Shown here in pieces: positions 40,739-49,238 of a stretch of 64,000 nt of DNA (the first letter of the stretch is position 1; every line of letters starts with the position of its first letter). The notes beneath the pieces were generated by a model, which did not search any database, was not told where the DNA came from, and saw only the letters and a program-made list of their open reading frames with translations. The DNA comes from an uncultured Candidatus Saccharibacteria bacterium (GTDB lineage Bacteria; Patescibacteriota; Minisyncoccia; Phycocordibacterales; DATDWN01), in the NCBI GenBank assembly GCA_964551495.1, contig CAZKCA010000001.1, positions 34,384 to 98,383 of the forward strand. The letters run 5' to 3'. Both the position numbers and the translations under genes were made by a program.

Positions 40739-40900
40739 AAAATAAAACAACTCTCAAAAACATTCGCAGATTTTTAGCTAAAACAAAAGCGAGGAACGCC
40801 AGCCGGAGACACTGTCTGAGCGTAGCGAGTTTGGCGAGAGGTCAGTGACGAGCGCTTTGTTTTATAAAAATCGAGGACGGTTTTGAGTGTGTTTTATTTG
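40739..40900. repeat. Foldback element, family 1, copy E
   Basis: Same core as copy D at 40813-40832; arms differ from D by compensatory substitutions. Confidence 0.9.
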
Positions 40901-40905
40901 CTCCT

Positions 40906-41067
40906 TTATGGAACCAAACTAAAAAAGGCTCCCAAATAATATGGCCACAAAGCTATAGCCAAAACTCCTTGCCAGAAAGCAAGTTTAAGATATCCAAGTG
41001 TAAATAACCAACCAACTATCCATAAGCCACCTAGACATCCGCTATTTTCTACTTTTATTTTTTGCAT
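40906..41067 (-). CDS. Small membrane protein, 53 aa (below ORF-track cutoff)
   Basis: MQKIKVENSGCLGGLWIVGWLFTLGYLKLAFWQGVLAIALWPYYLGAFFSLVP read by hand. Confidence 0.65.
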   Translation of the reverse strand: MQKIKVENSGCLGGLWIVGWLFTLGYLKLAFWQGVLAIALWPYYLGAFFSLVP

Positions 41068-41109
41068 ATACACATTATAAAATTTTTATATGAAAAAAGT
41101 CCACTCAAG

Positions 41110-41388
41110 CTATTCTTGAATGGACTTATTTGTACCATGTATTGAATTGTAAAGCTCCATAAGACCTTCTCTTAAAGTAAGTTCTTCGTAAACAAAACAT
41201 TTCATGCAGTATTCACAATTATCATCACATCCACTTCCATCTTCGCCCCACTTTATCATCTGTCTTGTACGATCTCTATTTTTTATTCCCATACAGAACT
41301 CTGGGTTATGGTTTCTAGGTAAGATACATTCTATGAGTTTACCATCATGATGGTTTAGTCTGGGCATTATGGTCCAACAGCAATCCAT
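41110..41388 (-). CDS. Cys-rich orphan protein
   Basis: GGAGGTGG SD before ATG 41388; 8 Cys including CDDNCEYCMKC. Confidence 0.6.
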   Translation of the reverse strand: MDCCWTIMPRLNHHDGKLIECILPRNHNPEFCMGIKNRDRTRQMIKWGEDGSGCDDNCEYCMKCFVYEELTLREGLMELYNSIHGTNKSIQE

Positions 41389-41456
41389 AACCACCTCCAA
41401 TATAAATAGTAAACCTTTTTATTTATTTGTAAATTATTATGATAAAATTTAATGAT

Positions 41457-41852
41457 ATGAATACATACAATTGGTATACAAATCTTATTAGACCAGATTG
41501 GGCTCCACCATCTTATCTTTTTGGTCCAGTTTGGTCGGTTTTATATGTTCTTATTGCGATTTCTTTTATAAAAGTTTTTGTAATGTTTTACAGAAAACAA
41601 ATTTCTGCCAAGATTGTTTTGCCTTTTGTTTTGAATATTTTTTTTAATTTAGCTTTTACTCCTCTTCAGTTTGGTTTACAAAACAATATTTTAGCAGGTA
41701 TTGATATTATTTTGGTTTTGGTAACTTTAATTTGGGCGATGAAAGTTATTTGGCCATATTCTAAATGGATAGCTTTGATCCAAATCCCTTATCTACTCTG
41801 GGTTTCTTTTGCCACTGTTTTACAACTGACAATTACTTATTTAAATTTTTAG
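41457..41852 (+). CDS. tspO: TspO/MBR family protein
   Basis: WY..L.RP.WAPP..LFGPVW..LY, PYLLWVSFA. Confidence 0.92.
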   Translation: MNTYNWYTNLIRPDWAPPSYLFGPVWSVLYVLIAISFIKVFVMFYRKQISAKIVLPFVLNIFFNLAFTPLQFGLQNNILAGIDIILVLVTLIWAMKVIWPYSKWIALIQIPYLLWVSFATVLQLTITYLNF

Positions 41853-41862
41853 TTTTTAATAT

Positions 41863-42366
41863 ATGAAAAAAACTATCACTGTAAATGATAAAATGCAGAA
41901 AGGATATAAGTATATTTTGACTGAGCCTATCGGTAAAAATTTTGATAAAGAATTTAAACCAGAACTTACTCCTAAACAAATGTTGGAGCTCGGGGTTTTT
42001 GGCGGGGTTTATATGCGAGATTGTGTAAAAGAGTTTCCTAAAGAATGGTTTGTAAAAGCTAAGTTTGCAAAAGATAAAAGAGACAAAAATCTAAATTTTT
42101 TCAAAGTAAATGCTAGTCAACCACTTTCCGTTTGGCAGAAAAAAGGATGGATACACAAAGATGATCCTAGAGGATGGTTTCAGTGGTATTGTCGGTATTA
42201 TATGGGTAGAAGACATCCGGACGACACAAGACAAATAAAAAGATGGAAGGCAATAAAACGTCACATAACTCAGATAACAAAAAACTGTAGGGCAGGGGAT
42301 TTTGCTTGCAGACCGCGCCAAAGACAAGCTGTGCTTCATTGGGCATATGACAGTAGGAAGTTATAA
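41863..42366 (+). CDS. Conserved-looking hypothetical protein
   Basis: LTPKQMLELGVFGG.Y, DPRGWFQWYCRYYMGRR, RQAVLHWAYD. Confidence 0.8.
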   Translation: MKKTITVNDKMQKGYKYILTEPIGKNFDKEFKPELTPKQMLELGVFGGVYMRDCVKEFPKEWFVKAKFAKDKRDKNLNFFKVNASQPLSVWQKKGWIHKDDPRGWFQWYCRYYMGRRHPDDTRQIKRWKAIKRHITQITKNCRAGDFACRPRQRQAVLHWAYDSRKL

Positions 42367-42424
42367 TCTCTATCCTTGCATATAATTTTTTCTATTATAA
42401 TATGTAAATAGGAGGAGTGTTACA

Positions 42425-42934
42425 ATGTCTGAACTTCAAGAATTATTTGGTGTCAGCCGTGAGGATGCTCTCGAGTTTTTTTTAATCTCTTTGTCGGAGG
42501 TATTAGAAGGTAAAAAAAGGTCATTTAGAAATGATGAATTGTTTTATGTGGCAGATATATTAACTCGCTATTCTTTAGAACCTATAGATGAAGATGGTCC
42601 TTATGGCAATTTGAAAAATAATCTTACGTGTTTTTTGGATTTCTTTGTCTTACAAGGAAACACTTTGGGTAATCCTGAGGTTTTAGAAGATGGAGGATCC
42701 CAAGTGATCCTTTTTGCTGGTTTTTTTAGGGACCAGATGAGTAGGAGATATCATCTGTCTTATTATGAGAAAGTAGCTCAAGGTCTTTATATTAGAGCTT
42801 CTATAAATAGTCATAAATACCAAAAGAGGGAGTTTTTGGGTAGGTTTGCTCAAAGGGTTCCTTTTTGGACTCGGGCTTGTTGTGATTTGAATAAGTATTG
42901 TCGCGAGAGGAGATATTTAATAGAAATTGATTAA
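42425..42934 (+). CDS. Orphan hypothetical protein
   Basis: TATAAT, GGAGG SD, bidirectional terminator 42938-42967. Confidence 0.7.
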   Translation: MSELQELFGVSREDALEFFLISLSEVLEGKKRSFRNDELFYVADILTRYSLEPIDEDGPYGNLKNNLTCFLDFFVLQGNTLGNPEVLEDGGSQVILFAGFFRDQMSRRYHLSYYEKVAQGLYIRASINSHKYQKREFLGRFAQRVPFWTRACCDLNKYCRERRYLIEID

Positions 42935-42965
42935 AAGAAAGCTGTGGGATATCCCACAGCTTTTT

Positions 42966-44144
42966 TTAATCTATGAAAGTCAAAGCTTTGCCTGTTTTGC
43001 CTCCTCGTCCAGTACGGCCTATACGGTGGATGTAGTCTTCGTATGTAGAAGGCAGTTCATAGTTTATAACGTGACTTACATTTGGTATATCTAACCCTCT
43101 AGCCGCCACATCTGTTGCGACCAGTATCTGACTTTTGTTATCTTTGAATTGATTAAGAGCCCTCTGTCTTTGAGTGTGGTTTTTATTGCCATGAATAGAC
43201 TCTGCTTTGAAACCTCTGGTACCTAGCATTTTAGAAAGATTTTCTACTCCATGTTTTGTTCTACCAAAAATCAAAACTTTATTAAATTCTGGTTTTGAAA
43301 GTAAATTGTGAAGTATTTCTAACTTTGGTCCGTTTTTAACATACACTACATCCTGATCTACGCTGTGAGCAGTATCTCTTGTTTTAACAGAAATATTTAC
43401 AGGGTCATTTAAAAATTCTTTTATGATTTTGTTTATATCTGGAGATATTGTAGCTGAAAAGAAAAGAGTTTGTTTTTCTTTTGGCATAGATTTTACTAGA
43501 AATCTCATATCATTTATAAATCCCATATCTAGCATTCTATCTGATTCGTCCAAGACTATTGTTTGGAATTTGTTTAGTTCTATATTTCCTCTGTCTACCA
43601 AATCTTTTATTCTTCCAGGTGTTCCAATAACAAAGTTGTAGCTACGACGAAGATCGTTTATTTGTCTAAATATAGGCATTCCTCCTACTACACAAACAGA
43701 AAATATAGATAGACCAAAAGCAAATTTTGTCAGTTCTTGATTTATCTGTATTGCCAATTCTCTTGTTGGAGCAACTATCAAAACTTTCTGATTTTTGTTT
43801 TTAAATATTTTATTTAAAAGGGGAATAACAAAAGCAGCAGTTTTACCTGTTCCTGTGTTGGCGATACCAACAATATCTCTGTTTTGTAGAATAAAAGGGA
43901 TGGATTCGTCTTGGATGGGTGTAGGGTGAAGGTATCCATGTCTAAGTACATTATCTTTTAATTTTTGTTCAATAGGGAAATCAGCAAATGAATTTGTTGG
44001 AATATAAGGTTTTTCTTCCACAACCAAATCAGCTTTTTTTATAAACTTTGAAACATCACTAAAGTATTTATTATTTACACGAGGTTTTCTAAATGCTCGG
44101 TAGTTACCGGAGTTTTGACCCCGGTTAATTCGTTTTCTAAACAT
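42966..44144 (-). CDS. DEAD-box RNA helicase (DESD variant)
   Basis: Q motif PTPIQ, TGTGKT, PTRELA, LDESD, SAT, HRIGRTGR. Confidence 0.95.
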   Translation of the reverse strand: MFRKRINRGQNSGNYRAFRKPRVNNKYFSDVSKFIKKADLVVEEKPYIPTNSFADFPIEQKLKDNVLRHGYLHPTPIQDESIPFILQNRDIVGIANTGTGKTAAFVIPLLNKIFKNKNQKVLIVAPTRELAIQINQELTKFAFGLSIFSVCVVGGMPIFRQINDLRRSYNFVIGTPGRIKDLVDRGNIELNKFQTIVLDESDRMLDMGFINDMRFLVKSMPKEKQTLFFSATISPDINKIIKEFLNDPVNISVKTRDTAHSVDQDVVYVKNGPKLEILHNLLSKPEFNKVLIFGRTKHGVENLSKMLGTRGFKAESIHGNKNHTQRQRALNQFKDNKSQILVATDVAARGLDIPNVSHVINYELPSTYEDYIHRIGRTGRGGKTGKALTFID

Positions 44145-44326
44145 ATTATTCTTCTAGTCTTTAGATTAAAGAGTAAGACGACTAGGTCTCTCGTAAATTC
44201 CAAGAAGAATATATTGTTTTGAGAGATATAACTTACATTCTTTATTATATTACAATCAAATTATTTTGTCAAATAAAATAAACCACAATATGTGGTTTAT
44301 TTTATTAAATCATTTTTGTTTATTTG

Positions 44327-45283
44327 TTAGTTTGCAGGTGTAACAAATGAATTTTGACTTGAGGTGCTTGTATTTCCAGCTGGATCCTTGGCACTAATTA
44401 TAAAGTAATATGTTGTAGATGTTGCTAGATTATTTAGCATAACCTCATGATTTACCTTAAACACATTTGAGTTTATAACAGGAGTTGTTGAACTGACTGT
44501 CAAAGGAGTTGTTGTTCCGTAGAATATTTTTCCTATAGTTAATTCGTTTGTGTTCCATGTCACTTTTGTAGAAGTAGCATTTGTTGAACTAGAAACTATA
44601 GAAGATATTGTTGGAGCAATTGTATCAGGTGTTGTTGTAGGTTTGTTCCAGTCTATTTTATCCTGGATTCCTTTAGGTAGTTTTTGACACTCAGGAACTA
44701 CAGGTCTTTGACCATTATTTTTCTTTAACCATCCTGGGGCAATTTGGTGTCCGGGTGGAGTTATAACACAAAGTTTTTTTCCTTTACCTCTGTTGTCATC
44801 ATCACCATCGTCATCATCATCGTCCTCAGAGTATAACTTAAGGTCAGATATTTTTTCATTTAATTTTTGTAGTGTCTTTGGTCCTACTACTCCAACTGTT
44901 TCTATACCATTTTTTCTTTGGAATTTTCTAACAGCCTCTGATGTAAGTCTGCCATAATATCCTGTTATTAAACCTTCAGGGTATATTTCAGGGTCAGCTG
45001 CAAGAATTGCTTGTAAAGCTTTTACATCATCTCCTGTCATACCTTCTCTTAGATTCCTAATCATAGATAGGGTACTGGAAACACTTTCTCTTGCTGTTTC
45101 TACTTGAGCCTGGGCTGCTTTTAGGGATTCAATTTGAGCTGTTAAAGTTTTTATTTGTTCAAGCAAAGCTTGTACTTGGGCTGAGCTTGTAGTTGTTGTG
45201 ACAGTTTCAGCTTTGGCTATTCCAGTGAAACCAAAAACAAAAGCTAAAACTAATACAAAAGTTATTAATTTTTTAATGTTCAT
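44327..45283 (-). CDS. Secreted peptidoglycan-binding protein with C-terminal Fn3-like domain
   Basis: Signal peptide, coiled coil, LREGMTGDDVKALQ...TGYYG.LT..AVRKFQ, PPGH.IAPGW, Thr-rich linker, STTYYF. Confidence 0.85.
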   Translation of the reverse strand: MNIKKLITFVLVLAFVFGFTGIAKAETVTTTTSSAQVQALLEQIKTLTAQIESLKAAQAQVETARESVSSTLSMIRNLREGMTGDDVKALQAILAADPEIYPEGLITGYYGRLTSEAVRKFQRKNGIETVGVVGPKTLQKLNEKISDLKLYSEDDDDDDGDDDNRGKGKKLCVITPPGHQIAPGWLKKNNGQRPVVPECQKLPKGIQDKIDWNKPTTTPDTIAPTISSIVSSSTNATSTKVTWNTNELTIGKIFYGTTTPLTVSSTTPVINSNVFKVNHEVMLNNLATSTTYYFIISAKDPAGNTSTSSQNSFVTPAN

Positions 45284-45400
45284 ATTTTAATTTAAATTAT
45301 AATCGCACATACCCCATTTTTTAGGGGTATTCCACTATTATATCAAATTTAGGGGTTTTTTTGTTCTCGCAATCCACATCAATTGGTGCAATTTAATTAC

Positions 45401-45428
45401 TTGACAAATTTTATAGATTTGCTATAAT
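45401..45428 (+). promoter_or_regulatory. sigma70 promoter of candidate ncRNA 2
   Basis: TTGACA-16 bp-TATAAT with TGn extension. Confidence 0.8.
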
Positions 45429-45434
45429 ATATAG

Positions 45435-45780
45435 TATGAATTGTTCCTTGAGTTCAGGAGGCTTGCCTTACTAGGTAAGTCTCCATCGTTTGACGGGTCC
45501 TAACCCGGGTCCGTGCTTGCCGGACATTAAATATGGTAAGACGGCCTTCCCCGAGGCTTTGTAAATATCGGCTTAAAGAACCTCTTTCAGGGGTTCTCGT
45601 GTCTATCAGACCAAAGCATAAGGGAAATTCTTTTCCCCAGAAAATCCCTGTGTATTGCAGGTTTAGGGTTTGCTTTCTCGAGATAGATACAATCAGGCTG
45701 TGTTTTCTTCAAGTATTTGTTTTCCTAAGGTTTTCTAGAGACCTAGCGAGAATAAGACTTGGCGAAAAACACAGCCTTTT
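45435..45780 (+). ncRNA. Candidate large structured ncRNA 2 (about 345 nt)
   Basis: Consensus promoter, chain of hairpins, long 3' stem AGGCTGTGTTTT/AAAACACAGCCT followed by Ts; no credible ORF. Confidence 0.65.
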
Positions 45781-45783
45781 CTA

Positions 45784-46227
45784 TTATTTTAACTTTAATT
45801 TTTCTTCTATAATTAAATTTTGAAATACATTTACAAATACTGCTTTTAAAGCGGAACAAGATATTATAATTAGTGCTATCGCTACTACTCCCGGAGCATC
45901 ATCCTTATCTGCTACATAAAAAATATAAGGCATACCCAATACGTATAGTCCAGAGATTGTTATTAAACAGTATTTTATATAATTTAAAGATTTAATACAA
46001 TTTTCCGAAAAAAAATTTTTTTTATAAATATAATCTAAAACTAACCAAGTTTGGTAGAGGATAACAAAAAATGGTATGGCAGTTATATACATACCTAAAA
46101 GTATAGGATCATAGCCTCCTAAATCTATACCTCCAATTACTCTTGGTAACACGAAAGTAAAAAAACCTATTCCTGCAAGACTAATAATAATTAAGACTGT
46201 TTTTAATATCCAAATCGAGATTTTCAT
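45784..46227 (-). CDS. DUF2975-like membrane protein
   Basis: Four TM, FS...IKSL..IKYC, DDAPG motif. Confidence 0.8.
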   Translation of the reverse strand: MKISIWILKTVLIIISLAGIGFFTFVLPRVIGGIDLGGYDPILLGMYITAIPFFVILYQTWLVLDYIYKKNFFSENCIKSLNYIKYCLITISGLYVLGMPYIFYVADKDDAPGVVAIALIIISCSALKAVFVNVFQNLIIEEKLKLK

Positions 46228-46251
46228 AAATTCAATTTATCACTATTTATT

Positions 46252-46479
46252 TTAAAAGAAAACCGCCGATTTCTCGGCGGGTTTGATTTTGTTGAGACTG
46301 GCTTTGCGGTTGTTGTGGGAAACCTTGCCAGTCCGGTGGGAACGAAGAGTGATCTTCTTACCATTTCCGTGGCTGTTGGGCCTTCCGCTCCAACGATGCT
46401 TGTCGGCGCAGTAAGGACAACAAAGACCTTGGTAGTGAGAAGAAACACTCATCTTTTCCCTAAAAGGGTTTCGGTGCAT
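46252..46479 (-). CDS. Small basic Cys/His orphan protein
   Basis: GGAGG SD 8 nt before ATG, overlapping the upstream stop; CCPYC; 3' end overlaps terminator hairpin 46259-46284. Confidence 0.5.
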   Translation of the reverse strand: MHRNPFREKMSVSSHYQGLCCPYCADKHRWSGRPNSHGNGKKITLRSHRTGKVSHNNRKASLNKIKPAEKSAVFF

Positions 46480-46491
46480 GATGTAGGCCTC

Positions 46492-47130
46492 CTAGCCTAT
46501 ATTCATGGTGTCCTCCTTTGGAAAGATCTTAAAATCTGTAATAATTTCATCGGCCAGATTCATTTTTATACATTGCTGTGCGGAGAAGTATGCCCCATGC
46601 ATTTCTCCATGCCTAAATATTTCAGAGATAGTTTCTCGACGAAGACCTGTTCTTTTTTCATACAAAAGAATTCGTTTTTCGGCAATCTCGGTGATTCTCT
46701 CTTGAAAGTATGCAATATCTTTGGCTACCCATTCAGGATCATCGCACACCCACCTCTGCCCATGGCGGATGTAGTGGATAAGCATCCTTGATGATGGTAG
46801 CATAATTCTTCTTCTACACATTTGAACTAGATCGACTGCCATTGAACCACAATCTCCTATAACAACAGCATCTACCGGACAATTTAGAGAGTTGATAACA
46901 TCTCCTAGTTGTAAAATTGGTATGGCAGAACCTCCTCCACTCTGTATCATTAAAGTTATTGGTTCATCACTTATAAAACTAATTTTAACTAGTTCAGATG
47001 CTGTTTTTTGAACAGAATCATCTGTTATTTCTCGACTTACTAATATTCTACGGCAAGAATGCCAGACTTTAGTCCAAGTAGTTATATTGGATTCTTCTAA
47101 TAGGATTCTTTGCTCCTTATTTTCAGACAT
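46492..47130 (-). CDS. Divergent ClpP-like serine protease
   Basis: IQSGGG, GDCGSMA (Ser), RMLIH (His), Y.KRTG, FSA....LADEI. Confidence 0.8.
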   Translation of the reverse strand: MSENKEQRILLEESNITTWTKVWHSCRRILVSREITDDSVQKTASELVKISFISDEPITLMIQSGGGSAIPILQLGDVINSLNCPVDAVVIGDCGSMAVDLVQMCRRRIMLPSSRMLIHYIRHGQRWVCDDPEWVAKDIAYFQERITEIAEKRILLYEKRTGLRRETISEIFRHGEMHGAYFSAQQCIKMNLADEIITDFKIFPKEDTMNIG

Positions 47131-47182
47131 TTCTGACCTCCTTTCTTCAAGATTTATATAATTTTATTATTATTTTGTCAAA

Positions 47183-47365
47183 TTTGCTCCGCGACCAAGG
47201 GATCTCGAATCTTACAGATTCTGTACACCTGTTCTATTTTTTGTTTCCTTTCAGTCACAAAAAATTATCACAGGTCTTCGAGCCCTGACGTAGATTGATA
47301 ACATCAATCTACTCTCGCGAGCAAGACAAAAACGCCTTTCGGCGTCTTTGTTTGCTCCGCGACCA
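47183..47365. repeat. tRNA-3'-derived foldback element with module-3 hairpins
   Basis: 15-bp direct repeat 47183-47197/47351-47365; inverted tRNA 3' sequence at 47271-47325. Confidence 0.8.
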
Positions 47366-47427
47366 GGGCTCGAACCTGGGACCCTCCCGTTAACAGCGGG
47401 GCGCTCTACCGACTGAGCTATCGCGGA
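47355..47427 (-). tRNA. tRNA-Asn (GTT)
   Basis: TCCGCGA acceptor stem, D arm GCTCAGTCGGTAGAGC, anticodon loop CT-GTT-AA, T arm CCAGG-TTCGAGC-CCTGG; CCA not encoded. Confidence 0.96.
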
Positions 47428-47592
47428 ATATGTAATTTGTTCTGAACACTATTAAATAATGATCAGAATTAATTACGTATTTTCTCACTATCGCGGAATG
47501 TTATACAAATCGTACTAAATAAATAGCACAAACAAATATTATCAAAATTAGGACATAATGCAACCCTTATGATTGTGGTTTATAATTTGGTT

Positions 47593-47805
47593 ATGTATAT
47601 AAAAGTTAAGGTTACTCCGGACTCTAGGAAAGAAGAGGTTATTCAAAAAAATGAAGATACCTGGTTCATAATGGTAAAAGAACCAGCTGAAGGAAATAAA
47701 GCAAATAATAGAGTAAAAGAGATATTAGAGTTTTATTTTCAAACCCACAATATAAGATTGGTAAACGGACACAAAAGCCCAAATAAGCTATTTTTAATAA
47801 ATTGA
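47593..47805 (+). CDS. DUF167/YggU family protein
   Basis: IKVKVTP.S, VKEPA.GNKAN, GHKS..K. Confidence 0.85.
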   Translation: MYIKVKVTPDSRKEEVIQKNEDTWFIMVKEPAEGNKANNRVKEILEFYFQTHNIRLVNGHKSPNKLFLIN

Positions 47806-47864
47806 AACTTGTATTGGGGGTGTTATAATTATTATGTAAGTTTTAGTAATTAAGTACTAAAAAT

Positions 47865-48230
47865 ATGAATATAAAAATCACTTCAACAAATTTTGAACTT
47901 ACTCCGGCTATAGAAGAATATATTACAAAAAAAATAACTGCACTGGATAAGTTTATGGCAGGTGAGGACGGAGCTCTTTGTGAAGTGGAAATTGGAAAAA
48001 CCACAAATCGTCATAAGTCAGGAGATATTTTTAAAGCTGAAGCTAATTTGTTTTATAAAGGAAATCAACATTACTGTGTAGTTGAAAAAGATGATTTGTA
48101 TGCGTCTATAGATGAATTGAAAGATGAATTGGAAAGATCTTTTATTTCAAATAAAGGAAAAAAGAATACTTTGTTTAGAAAAGGAGCATTAAAAGTTAAA
48201 AATTTATTAAAAAGATTATATGGAAATTAA
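47865..48230 (+). CDS. hpf: Ribosome hibernation factor (HPF/RaiA)
   Basis: MNIKIT..NFELTPAIEEY..KK, DLYASID. Confidence 0.9.
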   Translation: MNIKITSTNFELTPAIEEYITKKITALDKFMAGEDGALCEVEIGKTTNRHKSGDIFKAEANLFYKGNQHYCVVEKDDLYASIDELKDELERSFISNKGKKNTLFRKGALKVKNLLKRLYGN

Positions 48231-48384
48231 AATAGGAAAGTTAAATCAAAAGGCTAGTCCAGGTCTTTCTGTGTTTGTTATTGTTTGCTTATGTATTACA
48301 GTTGGAATGTTGTATCTATTGGAAAAAACAGAAAGAGCTGGTTTAAATATAAACTCAATTACTTTTTACGATAATAAAATTTAG
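48220..48384 (+). CDS. Possible 54-aa single-TM protein
   Basis: MEIKIGKLNQKASPGLSVFVIVCLCITVGMLYLLEK...; fills the gap between hpf and fmt. Confidence 0.45.
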   Translation: MEIKIGKLNQKASPGLSVFVIVCLCITVGMLYLLEKTERAGLNINSITFYDNKI

Positions 48385-49238
48385 CGCAGACCATTTTTAA
48401 AAGCATCAAAATCCATTTCTTTTTTACCTTCGGGTATAACTTTTTCTAGTATCAATTTACCATCTTCCAATCTGGCCGATTTTATTGAAAGTTTTATATT
48501 TTTGTCTTTGTGTTTATAAAAAGTAAAAGCTACAGGCCAAATATTATAAGCTCTTATTTTTCTTAAGTTTATTTGAGGATCATCTTCCAGATTTATCTGA
48601 CCGTCTTCTTTTTGTATTTTTTTACAAAAAGTAGCCTTACTGTGATCCTGTTCTGTTTCTTTGATTTTTCCATCTGTCCATTTTGGTAAAACTTCGGCCA
48701 ATATTTCTCCTCCTTTTTGCCCCAATATTTCTTCTAGTTTATCAGCATAAGGTGGCCAATCTACAGTCTCAATTTTTTCTTGGGCTATTATTGGACCATG
48801 ATCCATTTCAGCATCTAGTTTTATAATAGTTACCCCAGTTTCATTTTCTTCTAATATAGAACTTTGGATAGGGGAGGCCCCTCTTAGTTTTGGTAAAAGA
48901 GAAGGGTGGACATTTAATGTTCCAAATTTAGGTAAATCTAAAATATTTTGTGGAATTATTTTGCCATATGAAGCCACTATAAAAACATCACTAGATAAAG
49001 TTTTTTCTTTTATTAGATCAAAAACAGAAGAATCTTTTAGACTTTTTGGTTGTATAAAAGGTATGTTTTCTTTTATAGCCCAAGATTTAACTTCGGATGG
49101 AGTTAGAATCAGTTTTCTTCCTTTTGGTTTATCTTCTGTGGTTATTATTAATGATGGAACAAAACCGTTTTCTTTTAGTTTTTCTAAAACTAAAACAGAA
49201 AATTTTGATGTTCCAAAAAAAGTAAAATTTATTTTCAT
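48381..49238 (-). CDS. fmt: Methionyl-tRNA formyltransferase
   Basis: FFGT, VASYGKII, NVHPSLLP.LRGASP, MDHGPI. Confidence 0.95.
   Translation of the reverse strand: MKINFTFFGTSKFSVLVLEKLKENGFVPSLIITTEDKPKGRKLILTPSEVKSWAIKENIPFIQPKSLKDSSVFDLIKEKTLSSDVFIVASYGKIIPQNILDLPKFGTLNVHPSLLPKLRGASPIQSSILEENETGVTIIKLDAEMDHGPIIAQEKIETVDWPPYADKLEEILGQKGGEILAEVLPKWTDGKIKETEQDHSKATFCKKIQKEDGQINLEDDPQINLRKIRAYNIWPVAFTFYKHKDKNIKLSIKSARLEDGKLILEKVIPEGKKEMDFDAFKNGLR

Noticed and set aside
44796-44826. TCA/TCG microsatellite; also the His-rich tail at 7550-7570
   Set aside because: Simple coding low-complexity tracts (poly-Asp, poly-His).
45533-45823. 96-aa ORF inside candidate ncRNA 2
   Set aside because: No SD, not protein-like, runs through the terminator and overlaps the convergent gene.
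46315-46791. 158-aa plus-strand ORF
   Set aside because: Antisense to the SD-led ClpP-like operon, with no start signals.
47183-47231. Second tRNA gene or intron-split tRNA
   Set aside because: Only acceptor and T-arm sequence is present, interrupted, with no D or anticodon arm.
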